This document shows positions 41,188 through 50,702 of a stretch of DNA of 64,000 bases, piece after piece; positions within the stretch are counted from its first letter, which is position 1; every line of letters starts with the position of its first letter. The translations under genes and the position numbers were made by a program. Location of the stretch: positions 1 through 64,000 of the forward strand of contig CAWHCF010000046.1 of assembly GCA_963827655.1 (NCBI GenBank). Reading direction: 5' to 3'. The DNA is from an uncultured Acidobacteriota bacterium (GTDB lineage: Bacteria > Acidobacteriota > UBA6911). Under the pieces are notes generated by a model, which was not told the DNA's origin, ran no database searches, and saw only the letters and a list, made by a program, of their open reading frames with translations.

Positions 41188-44100
41188 ATGGACACTCGTA
41201 CGGTGTTCGCTTCCGTCGTCTGCCTCCTGTTTTCCACCTTCAGTCTTCTCGGCCAAACCAGCGCCGGCCTCACCGGCACCCTGACCGATGCCACCGGCGC
41301 CGTGGTACCCGGCGCGCGCGTCGCCCTCACCCACGCGGAGACTGGCGTCCGCCGCAACACGGTCTCGAACGATGCCGGCCTTTATCAATTCCCGCTCCTC
41401 CCGCCCGGCGACTACTCCATCGCGGTCGAGAAGGAAGGATTCAAGCAGCTCACACGCGAAGGCATCCGGCTCGAGGTCAACCAGACTGCGCGCATCGACT
41501 TTACCATGCAGCTCGGCGATGTCACCGAGACCGTTAACGTCACCGCGTCGGCCCCGCTGCTGGAGTCGTCAACCTCGTCCATAGGCGCCGTTATCGAGAC
41601 CAGGGCCGTGAGCGACCTTCCGCTCAACGGCCGCAATTTCGTCCAGCTCGCCATCCTTTCGCCCGGCGTTACCGGCGTCGGTTATGCCGCGACCGGCACC
41701 ATCGGCAGCGGCACCCGTCCGGACGACATGCGTCCCGGCACGGAGCTTTTCTCCAACGGCAACCGCGAGCAGTCGAATAACTTTCTCCTGGACGGCGTCG
41801 ACAACAATTTCCGGCGCAACGGCCTCATCACCCTCCGCCCCTCTGTCGAATCGATACGCGAGTTCAAGATCCAGACCAACCTGTTCGCGGCCGAGCAGGG
41901 CCGCAATCCCGGCGCCACCGTCAACGTCATCACGAAGTCCGGCACCAACGAGTTTCACGGCAGCGCCTACGAGTTCTTTCGCAATGATGTTCTCGATGCC
42001 CGTGACTTCTTCAATGAAAAGCGCGAAGGAGTGCGCAAGCCCCCCTTCCAGCAGAACCAGTTTGGCGCCAGCCTGGGCGGTCCTCTCGTGCGCAACCGCG
42101 CATTCTTTTTCGTGAACTATGAAGGCTTCCGCCGCCGCCGCGGCACCACCACCGTGATCGCTACCGTCCCGACCGAGCGCATGCGCCGCGGGGACTTCTC
42201 CGAGACCCGCGACATTTTCGATCCCTTCAGCACCGTGGCGGCTCCCGGCACCGCAAGCGGCTTCACCCGGACTCCCTTCCCCGAGCGCCAGATTCCGGCC
42301 AGCCGCTTCGACTCGGTTACCAGCCGCCTCATCCAGGGCTATCCGCTTCCCAACCTCCCCGGCCTGGCCAATAACTATGCCACCAATCCCAAGCACATCC
42401 AGGATTGGGACCAGGGGGACGCCCGCGTGGATTGGAACGTCGGTTCGTCGACCAATATCTTCGCCCGCTATTCGCGGCAGGACACCTTCACCCAGCCGCC
42501 CTCGACTTTTGGCCTGCGAGAGGTCCCTGGGGTCGATGTCCCGCTCAGCCTGGGCGCCGACGGCACCTTCGCCGGCGATTCCAATCTCATCGCCCATCAC
42601 GCCGTTCTGTCCGGCACCCACGCGTTCAGCCCAACACTTCTCCTGGATGCCCGGATGGGTTACGGCCGCTTCAATCTCCGCCATTTGAAAGTCGGCGCCG
42701 AGGAGGGCGCGAAGCTGGGCGAGAAGCTCGGCGTCCCCAACTCCAACCAGGGCCCGTTCTCGGATGGCGTCCCGATTGTCGCGCCGGCCAACTACACGGG
42801 CATCGGAGGGCCGCAATCGCTCCCGACCATCCGCGTGGAGAATACCTTTAACCCGAACGTCAGCCTGACAAAGATCAGCGGGACCCATACGCTCAAATAT
42901 GGGGTCAACGTGGTCCGGCGCCATATCGTCGACTTCCAGACCAACCGCGGCGACGGCCGCTTCAACTTCGACCGCAACTTTACGACCAATCCCAACAGCA
43001 CCGGCAACACGGGCGACTCCATGGCGAGCTTCCTGCTCGGAACCGCCTCCGCCATCGAGCAGGATTTCCTGCTCGTCTGGGCCGGCATGCGCACGCTGGA
43101 AATCGGCTCTTACATTCAGGACGACTGGAAGGTAAGCTCCCGCCTGACCCTTAATCTCGGTTTGCGTTACGAGTACACGCCGCCGCCGGTCGAGGTCGCC
43201 GACCGCTGGGCTAATTTCGATATCCGCACAGGCAAGATGCTGATCGCGGGCTTCAACTCGGACCGGCAGGCGGGCGTCGAACCCGATAACAACAATGTCG
43301 CGCCCCGGTTCGGATTCGCCTTTCAGCTCCGGCGCACGACCGTCATTCGCGGCGGCTTCGGCATCTTCCACAACACCCAGGGGAACGGCGCCGCGCTCTT
43401 CCGCCTCCATCGACATCTCCCGTTCGGCCCCATTAATGTTGAGGATATCGACCAGTTCTCCGCCAACCCCCGCCGCGTGCAGGCCGGCTTCCGCCCGATT
43501 CCGCCGCTCGATTTCGAGACCGTCACTACGAATCCCGCCGGCAGCTTCAACGCCATTCCGCCCAATTACAAGACGGGCTACGCCCAGCAGTTCAACTTCG
43601 GGATCCAGCAAGAGATTCCGGCGTGGGACGTGGTCGCGAAGGTGTCGTACGTCGGCAACCTCGCTCGCCAGGTCGACTCCACCTACAATATCAACGCGCC
43701 GGACCCCGGCCCCGGCACGCCCGCCAGCCGCCGCCCGCTGCGCGACATTGCTCCCGGAGTGGTCAACGTCACCTGGGGCGACACGACGGGCAACTCGAAC
43801 TATCACGCGCTTCAGGTTGCGGGCGAAAGGCGTTTCTCGGGCGGCCTCGGCTTCCTGAGCTCGTACACGTACGCGCACTCGATCGACAACGTCCCGCTCC
43901 AGCAGGGCGGCGGCGCGGACGGTCCGATCCCCCAGGACATCCGTTACCGCTTCCTGGATCGCGCCTCGAGCGCGTTCGACATCCGCCACCAGTTCACCCA
44001 GAGCTTGAATTACACCTTGCCGGTCGGCGCCGGGCAGCGCTACGACCTGGGCCGCGGCTGGGCCAACCAGGCTTTTGGCGGCTGGCAGGTGAACCTGATT

Positions 44101-44526
44101 GTATTCACGCGCTCCGGCCTGCCATTCACTCCGACTCTGGCGACTTCGGTTTCAAACGCCGGGGGCAGCCGCCCCGATCGCCTGAAACAGGGCGATCTCG
44201 AGGTGCGCGAGGTCACGCGCTGGTTCGACACTTCCTTCAACACCGCCGACGCCGCCTGGGCTACCCCCAGACAGTTCACTTACGGCAACTCGGGCCGCAA
44301 CGTTCTCAGCGGCCCGGGCCGGACCAACGTCGATTTCTCGGTGTTCAAGGAATTCTCGCTTACAGAGACCGCGCGGCTTCAGTTCCGTGCCGAGTTCTTC
44401 AACCTGTTCAACCACCCTCAGTTCGATCTGCCGAACTCCTCCATCGGCAGCCCAAGCGCCGGACGCATTTCGAGCACCGTGGGAACCCCGAGGGACATTC
44501 AATTCAGCTTGAGGGTGTCGTTCTGA
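41188..44526 (+). CDS. TonB-dependent receptor (carboxypeptidase regulatory-like domain)
   Basis: Intact 1112 aa; LPLNGRNFVQLA, QNQFGASLGGP, C-terminal PRDIQFSLRVSF. Confidence 0.95.
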   Translation: MDTRTVFASVVCLLFSTFSLLGQTSAGLTGTLTDATGAVVPGARVALTHAETGVRRNTVSNDAGLYQFPLLPPGDYSIAVEKEGFKQLTREGIRLEVNQTARIDFTMQLGDVTETVNVTASAPLLESSTSSIGAVIETRAVSDLPLNGRNFVQLAILSPGVTGVGYAATGTIGSGTRPDDMRPGTELFSNGNREQSNNFLLDGVDNNFRRNGLITLRPSVESIREFKIQTNLFAAEQGRNPGATVNVITKSGTNEFHGSAYEFFRNDVLDARDFFNEKREGVRKPPFQQNQFGASLGGPLVRNRAFFFVNYEGFRRRRGTTTVIATVPTERMRRGDFSETRDIFDPFSTVAAPGTASGFTRTPFPERQIPASRFDSVTSRLIQGYPLPNLPGLANNYATNPKHIQDWDQGDARVDWNVGSSTNIFARYSRQDTFTQPPSTFGLREVPGVDVPLSLGADGTFAGDSNLIAHHAVLSGTHAFSPTLLLDARMGYGRFNLRHLKVGAEEGAKLGEKLGVPNSNQGPFSDGVPIVAPANYTGIGGPQSLPTIRVENTFNPNVSLTKISGTHTLKYGVNVVRRHIVDFQTNRGDGRFNFDRNFTTNPNSTGNTGDSMASFLLGTASAIEQDFLLVWAGMRTLEIGSYIQDDWKVSSRLTLNLGLRYEYTPPPVEVADRWANFDIRTGKMLIAGFNSDRQAGVEPDNNNVAPRFGFAFQLRRTTVIRGGFGIFHNTQGNGAALFRLHRHLPFGPINVEDIDQFSANPRRVQAGFRPIPPLDFETVTTNPAGSFNAIPPNYKTGYAQQFNFGIQQEIPAWDVVAKVSYVGNLARQVDSTYNINAPDPGPGTPASRRPLRDIAPGVVNVTWGDTTGNSNYHALQVAGERRFSGGLGFLSSYTYAHSIDNVPLQQGGGADGPIPQDIRYRFLDRASSAFDIRHQFTQSLNYTLPVGAGQRYDLGRGWANQAFGGWQVNLIVFTRSGLPFTPTLATSVSNAGGSRPDRLKQGDLEVREVTRWFDTSFNTADAAWATPRQFTYGNSGRNVLSGPGRTNVDFSVFKEFSLTETARLQFRAEFFNLFNHPQFDLPNSSIGSPSAGRISSTVGTPRDIQFSLRVSF

Positions 44527-44563
44527 TTGAAGTGGCGGCAGCCACGGCACCGGATGCGCGGCA

Positions 44564-45826
44564 TCATCGCGCGCGTTCGATGACATGGGCCCGCGTGATT
44601 TTACCGACCGAGCTCGTCCCGGCGTAGCGCATCATCATCTCGAGCTCCCGCGCAAGGATGTCGAGAATTGCCTCGACACCCTCCTGACCGAACGCGGCCA
44701 GGCCCCACAGGTAGGGTCGCGCCATGCAAACCGCCTTGGCCCCAAGGGCCAGGGCCTTGAAGATGTCGGTTCCGCGGCGGAAGCCTCCGTCGACCAGCAC
44801 CGGGATGCGTCCCGCCGCCCCTTCGAGAACCTCGGGCAGGCTCTCGATCGATGAACGCCCGCTTGCCTCCGCGCGGCCGCCGTGGTTGGAGCAGATGATG
44901 CCGTCGGCGCCGTGCATGACCGCCAGCTCGGCATCCTCGCGGGTAACAATCCCCTTGATCACGAGCTTCATCGGCGTCGTATCCTTGAGGCGCCGGACAT
45001 AGTCCCAGGTGATGTTCGACGGCTGGAAACGGACCCCTTTGAGATCCAGCCCCTCGAACATAGGCTTGCGCTGGACCGAAGACTGCATGCTGCTCCGGTC
45101 GTGACAGACGTTGCACTCCCGCTTGTCTTCCCTTTGAAAGAGCTTCAGCGTCTCGCGGTTGGTTCCGCCGAGCTGATCCACCGTCAGGACCAGGACGGGG
45201 CACCCTGCGGCTTCGGCGCGTTTCACCATCGTGCGGCTGACGTTCCACTCGGAGGCGGCATAGAGTTGGTACCACACCGGCTCGCCGCGCGCCGCTACGA
45301 CATCCTCGACCGAGGTGGTGGTCGTGGTCGAAAGAATCTGCAGGTGTCCTTTCGAGCGGGCCGCCCGCGCCACCGCCAGCTCGCCTTCGGGATGAAAAGC
45401 CCGCTGGGACCCGGCGGGGTCGAGGACGACCGGGGTCTTCCAGGTGGTTCCGAACAGTTGAACGGCCATGTCGATCTTGCTGACGTCGATCAGCCGGCGT
45501 ACCCGGATCTCATACCGCGTGAATCCGTCGCGGTTGGCCCGCAGGGTCGCGTCGTCGTCGACGCCGGTCGTGAGATAGCCGAAGTGCGCCGGGGGGAGCT
45601 TCCGCCGTGCCACGGGCTCGAACTCGAAGACGTTGATCGCGTCCTTCGGCGACGAGATCACGTCTTCACTCTGTTCGAGCGATTCGAGAAGTGCGGGCAA
45701 GCTCAAGGTGGGTTCGCCGCGCCCGGGAGTGGGGACAATCCCGGCCATGGCAGAGGCCGCGACGGCGGGACTTCCGCCCAGCAACCTCAAGAACGCTCGT
45801 CTGCTACCCTCGTGACAGAACCGCAT
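44564..45826 (-). CDS. FMN-dependent alpha-hydroxy acid oxidase/dehydrogenase with Tat signal
   Basis: SRRAFL Tat motif; HPEGELAVARAA, WYQLY, LVIKGI, SNHGGR, DGGFRRGTDIFKALALGA. Confidence 0.93.
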   Translation of the reverse strand: MRFCHEGSRRAFLRLLGGSPAVAASAMAGIVPTPGRGEPTLSLPALLESLEQSEDVISSPKDAINVFEFEPVARRKLPPAHFGYLTTGVDDDATLRANRDGFTRYEIRVRRLIDVSKIDMAVQLFGTTWKTPVVLDPAGSQRAFHPEGELAVARAARSKGHLQILSTTTTTSVEDVVAARGEPVWYQLYAASEWNVSRTMVKRAEAAGCPVLVLTVDQLGGTNRETLKLFQREDKRECNVCHDRSSMQSSVQRKPMFEGLDLKGVRFQPSNITWDYVRRLKDTTPMKLVIKGIVTREDAELAVMHGADGIICSNHGGRAEASGRSSIESLPEVLEGAAGRIPVLVDGGFRRGTDIFKALALGAKAVCMARPYLWGLAAFGQEGVEAILDILARELEMMMRYAGTSSVGKITRAHVIERAR

Positions 45827-46021
45827 GGCAGGTCTCCTTTGATTGGCGTGATGATACGAGGGCCGCCGCCCGGCATCAAGCAAGTTCTGTCGTGTTAGCG
45901 TTTCTTCGGGTCCTTGGGTCTTGGCGGTATTTGTTAGACAGCTCTAGCCACGAAGACGCGAAGGCACGAAGAAACACCAAGAAACCTGTCGAAAAAGCGA
46001 GTCAACGATGGAGCGCGGATG

Positions 46022-46062
46022 TTGACAAAGGCAGGGCCTTACTGTACACATAAACTGTACAC
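46022..46062 (+). promoter_or_regulatory. TA promoter with Phd-type operator palindromes
   Basis: TTGACA at 46022; TGTACA at 46043 and 46056. Confidence 0.65.
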
Positions 46063-46085
46063 CAAAAGGCCGCTCAGGAAAAAGA

Positions 46086-46382
46086 ATGGCTAAGGAAACG
46101 ATTCTCTCATTCGTTGAGGCGCGCGCCAACTTGAGTGAGATTGTTGACAATGTGAGTGAGCACGGACAGACCTACGTCATCTCCAAGAGGGATAAGCCCG
46201 TTGCCGTCATCGTTGGGATGAAAAGATACAAGGAGATGACAACTGCCGGTAAATATCTGAAGAATTTTCAGGGCAAGCGGATTCTAAAGCTCAGGGGCAT
46301 AGCGACGGCTGTCGGCGACATGGACCAGGCCATTAAGAATCTAAGAAAATCCAGGATCGAGTCTTTGACGCGTTCCCTTTAA
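46086..46382 (+). CDS. Phd/YefM family antitoxin
   Basis: SFVEARANLSEIVD..YVISKRDKPVAVIV. Confidence 0.9.
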   Translation: MAKETILSFVEARANLSEIVDNVSEHGQTYVISKRDKPVAVIVGMKRYKEMTTAGKYLKNFQGKRILKLRGIATAVGDMDQAIKNLRKSRIESLTRSL

Positions 46383-46784
46383 ATGACGTTTGTCACAGAT
46401 ACCCACCCGTTGGTCTATCATCTCACCGGTCTCAACAGGAAGCTGGGTCGAAGAGCGAAAGCCATTTTTGACCGGGTCGACCGGGGAGTGGACAGTCTCC
46501 TGGTTCCTTTCACCGTGTTGGAAGAAATAATGCTACTCTCGGAAGCGGGGAAAATCCGGCTTCGCATTCCCTTCAGGGAACTGCTCCTTGCATTGATGCA
46601 AGCAGAGAATTTCAATCTCCGGGAAAACGATGCCGATCTCCTTCTGGAAGCCTGCGCGTTAGTTGGAATCAGAGATCCGTATGACCGGATGATCGTTGCT
46701 CAGGCTAGAGCGACGGGATTTCCGCTGGTGACTGGTGACCAGGAGATCCAGAATTCCAACCTGGTTCGCACCGTTTGGGAATGA
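46383..46784 (+). CDS. vapC: VapC/PIN-domain toxin
   Basis: VTDTH, VLEEI, DPYDRMIVAQA, LVTGD. Confidence 0.9.
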   Translation: MTFVTDTHPLVYHLTGLNRKLGRRAKAIFDRVDRGVDSLLVPFTVLEEIMLLSEAGKIRLRIPFRELLLALMQAENFNLRENDADLLLEACALVGIRDPYDRMIVAQARATGFPLVTGDQEIQNSNLVRTVWE

Positions 46785-47076
46785 ATCCATGAATTCCTTG
46801 CGTTACCTCTCTTCCCTGCTTCGTGCGTCTTCGCGTTCTTTGCGTCCTAGCGGTGACGTGACTCTCTTTCCCTGACGAGCGGCCGCGCTCATAGAATCTC
46901 CGCCTTGATCGGAGTATCGAAGCCGCTACGTCCGCCTCCTACCGGATCTCCGGGTTGATCGTGGTTGGTGCTGTGAAACAAATACCACTGAGACGCGAAG
47001 ACACGAAGAAAAACTGGAGCAGCCTTAGACTCAGCCCATGATCTTCTCGGGCGACAAGAACAGAGGACAATTAAAC

Positions 47077-48853
47077 ATGAAAATGGGTCACAAGACGAAT
47101 TACTGTGCGTGGCGTAGCCTCACGCTCCCACTGGTTGCCGGGTTCCTGTTATCAGCGACCGAGCCCGCACCGGCTCAAAGCGGGCAAGCCGCGTCGCCAG
47201 AGGCTGACGTGAGCTACGCGGCGGAACCGGCCGCCGGCAAGCCGGGCGCGGCAGAGACCAGCGAGAGAGAGTGGGATCTACTCAAGGCGCAACTGGCGGC
47301 GCAGCAGGAGCAGATTACTCTGCTCCGCAAGGTGCTGGAAGAGCAGGCGAAGTTGATCGAGCGTGTCCTCCAGACTCAGGCCAATGCGTCAGGCTCATCC
47401 ATCCAGGTTGCCGCCACACAGTCTTTCAGTCCCGCCCGGGCGGCTAGCCGCTCACCCGTGATGCCTTCTCCCGGCCCGGTGCCGACAGCCGGTCCGCTGG
47501 AGCGAAGCGACCAGGAGGCGAGAGCCGAGGAACCCAAGCCTTCTCCCCTTTCGTTCAGGATCGGCACCGTCGACATCACCCCGTTAGGGTTCATGGACTT
47601 CACGGGTGTGATCCGCGACAAGAATGTGGGCAGTGGGATCACCACGAACTTCGGCGCCATCCCATTCAACAATACGGTGAGTGGCAACCTCCGCGAGTAC
47701 CAATTCAGCGCCCAACATTCGCGGCTCGGCCTGCGGTTGGACGCAAGACTGCGCGAAGTGAAGGTGCTCAGCTATCTGGAGACGGATTTTCTCGGCGTCG
47801 TACCCGGTAATGTCGCGGTGACGTCCAACAGCGACACGCAGCGTCTGCGCCTTTTTTGGCTGGATGTTCGGAAGGGCAGGCTCGAGTTCCTGGGCGGGCA
47901 GTCCTGGAGCTTGATGGTGCCGAATCGGAAAGGGCTCTCGCCTCTGCCGGCGGACATTTTCGTAACCCAAGGGTTCGATCCGAATCTGCACGTGGGTTTA
48001 ACCTGGACCCGCAATCCGCAGCTTCGCTTTGTCTATCATCCCAGCGAGACCGTTGCGCTGGGGTTGTCGGTGGAAGCCTCGGAACAATTTGCCGGCGGCG
48101 CCAGCGGATCCGGAGAGATCATCTTGCCTTCGCAGCTTGCCCCTCACTACGGCTCCCAGCTGAACACGGGCACGGATAACTTCGCTACGCCCAACCCTCA
48201 TCAAGACATCATCGCGAAGATCGCGTTCGATCCCAAGGTGGGAAATCGGTCGCTTCACTTCGAAGTGGGTGGAGTCTTGACCCGGTTTGCTTTCTTTAAT
48301 CCGGTCAGCAACCAACACTTTAATGCGGCTGGCGGTGGCGGGTCGTTCAATTTCAACGTCGAGCTGGTGAAGAACCTTCGTCTGGTCGTCAATACTTTCT
48401 ACAGCAGTGGCGCAGGCCGATACATCTTCGGCCTGGGGCCGGACGTGATTATCCAGGGCGATGGCAGTCCTTCGCTTGTGCACTCGGCCTCGACCTTGAA
48501 CGGGTTTGAGTATCAAGCCACGCCGAAGACGGGGTTCTTCGCCTACTACGGCGGCGCTTACTTCCAGAAGAACGTCGCCATTGACCCAGCCAACGGCCAG
48601 CCGGTTGGCTTTGGCTACAGCGGATCTCCGTCGAACCACAATCGCTTAATTCATGCAAGGGACGTTCGGCTTCGCGCATACGTTTTGGCGCGATCCCAGC
48701 TATGGAGGCCTGCAGTTGGGAATGCAGTACTCCTACCTGGTTCGTCATCCCTGGTACGTGGCGCCGGACCAGCCGGGCAGTGCGTACCTGAATATGCTGT
48801 ATCTAAGCCTCAGGTATTTTTTGCCCGGCGCTCCGCCGGCTGCGCAGAAATAG
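47077..48853 (+). CDS. Outer-membrane porin-like beta-barrel with N-terminal coiled coil (frameshift ~48655)
   Basis: Signal peptide, coiled coil LKAQLAAQQEQITLL, FSAQHSRLGL, YLETDF, LRLFW, C-terminal LYLSLRYFLP. Confidence 0.75.
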
Positions 48854-48958
48854 AGAATGACCCGAGAGGAGCAGTGGGATCTGCACGGCCTGCTGCAGAA
48901 GGGCTTTACTGCCACAGTTTCTTCGGTGTTAAGATCTATCATGCCCAGGCAACCCGAC

Positions 48959-50674
48959 ATGAATTACTTGCGTCACTTCTCTTTCCTGCTTCGCGCGTCT
49001 TGGCGTCTTTGCATCTTCGCGGTGGCTTTCGCTTTCATGCACTCCGCGATCGTTCTCTCGAGATCGCAAGAAACCAGGCAGACCCAGGATTCGGCGGGCT
49101 ACGATCTGCTCATCCGTGACGGCCGCATCGTTGATGGGACGGGCGCGCCCTGGTTCAGCGCGGATGTGGGGATCCGGAAGGGGCGCATTGCAGCGATGGG
49201 ACGGCTCGCCGGGGCGCAAGCGACCCGGATCATCGACGCCAAGCGTCTGGTGGTCGCGCCCGGCTTCATCGACATGATGGGACAGACCGCCGCGCCCTTT
49301 TTGCGTGATCGCGACTCAGGCTTCAATCTCCTGACCCAGGGGATCACGACCATCAATGCCGGCGAGGGCCGCTCGGACGCCCCGCTGGGCGAGCCGGAGG
49401 GAGGCAAGGCGGGCTGGCGGACGATGCGCGAGTTCTTTGCCTTGCTGGAAAAGGCCGGCATGCCGATAAACATGGTGCAGACGGTCGGCCACACGCAGGT
49501 GCGAGCCATTGTCGTCGGCCTGGAGGACCGTCGCGCCTCGTCCGAAGAGATGGAGCGCATGAAGACCCTCGTGCGCGAGGCCATGGAGGCGGGTGCCATC
49601 GGCCTTTCGACTTCGCTCATCTATCCGCCCGCGGTCTACGCGCCCGAAGAGGAAATTGCAGAACTGACGAGGATTGCGGGCGAGTATGGCGGCCGGTATT
49701 TCACGCATATGCGCAACGAAGGCGATGGACTGCTGGAGGCTGTGGAGGAAGCGCTGCGGATCGGCCGGGCGGCAGGCACTCCCGTGCACATCTACCATCT
49801 AAAGACGGCCGGGCAAGCCAACTGGGGAAAGATGGACCAGGCGATCGCGCGCATCAAGGCCGCGCGCGCAGCCGGTCAGGAGGTGGGCGCGGACGTCTAT
49901 CCCTACATCAACAACGGCCTCGGGATTCGGGCGCTCATCCATCCGCGGCACTCCGCCAAAGGGCCGGCGGATCTGCTGCGTCGTCTTGGGGACCCCCAGA
50001 TTCGCGCCGAAATGCGCCAGGAGATGGAAACCGGCACCGGTTGGGAGAATTGGTTCGCGCACGCCGGGCACGACTGGGATCGCATCGTGCTGGGAAATAT
50101 CGGCGACCCCGCCTACGCCGGGCACAACGGCAAGTCACTCGGTGAGATTGCCCGGCTGGTCCAGCAGGATCCCTGGGATGTTTTCTTCGCCGTCGTCCGC
50201 GCCGGCGCTTTCGCCATGCCCCAGACTATGTCGGAAGGCAACAAGATCAAGGCGATTCAGCAGGAGTTCGTCTCGTTTGATACCGACGTCGGACCGGCAG
50301 CGGGTTCCATGAGCTCGAATGCCAGCCATCCCCGTTCCCACGGCGCCTTCCCGCGGGTGCTGGCCCGCTATGTCCGCGAACTGGGCGTCCTGTCGCTCGA
50401 GGCGGCCATCCATCGCATGACCGCGGTAGCCGCCAATGAGATCATGGCGTTCGATCGTGGCAGGCTCGCGCCGGGTCTGGCGGCGGATATCGTGATCTTT
50501 GATTCCAGCATGATTCGAGATCGGGCCACTTTCGGGGAGCCTGCGTTGCCATCCGAGGGAGTAAAACACGTGATCGTCAATGGCGCGCTGGTGCTCGAGG
50601 ACGGAAAGTACACGGGGGCCACGCCCGGCCAGGTGCTGCGCGGGCCGGGCTACCGCCACACGGGGGCCCGTTGA
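48959..50674 (+). CDS. N-acyl-D-amino-acid deacylase (D-aminoacylase family amidohydrolase)
   Basis: YDLLIRDGRIVDGTG, VVAPGFIDM, THMRNE, HPRSHGAFPRVL, RGRLAPGLAADIVIFD. Start is uncertain (48941/48959/49037). Confidence 0.9.
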   Translation: MNYLRHFSFLLRASWRLCIFAVAFAFMHSAIVLSRSQETRQTQDSAGYDLLIRDGRIVDGTGAPWFSADVGIRKGRIAAMGRLAGAQATRIIDAKRLVVAPGFIDMMGQTAAPFLRDRDSGFNLLTQGITTINAGEGRSDAPLGEPEGGKAGWRTMREFFALLEKAGMPINMVQTVGHTQVRAIVVGLEDRRASSEEMERMKTLVREAMEAGAIGLSTSLIYPPAVYAPEEEIAELTRIAGEYGGRYFTHMRNEGDGLLEAVEEALRIGRAAGTPVHIYHLKTAGQANWGKMDQAIARIKAARAAGQEVGADVYPYINNGLGIRALIHPRHSAKGPADLLRRLGDPQIRAEMRQEMETGTGWENWFAHAGHDWDRIVLGNIGDPAYAGHNGKSLGEIARLVQQDPWDVFFAVVRAGAFAMPQTMSEGNKIKAIQQEFVSFDTDVGPAAGSMSSNASHPRSHGAFPRVLARYVRELGVLSLEAAIHRMTAVAANEIMAFDRGRLAPGLAADIVIFDSSMIRDRATFGEPALPSEGVKHVIVNGALVLEDGKYTGATPGQVLRGPGYRHTGAR

Positions 50675-50702
50675 CATTTCTTTGCGTCTTTGCGGTTTGT
50701 TC

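Noticed and set aside
41569-43989. 806-aa antisense ORF (and similar ones such as 60095..61855 and 14874..16232)
   Set aside because: These are shadow ORFs opposite well-supported genes in GC-rich DNA and show no motifs.
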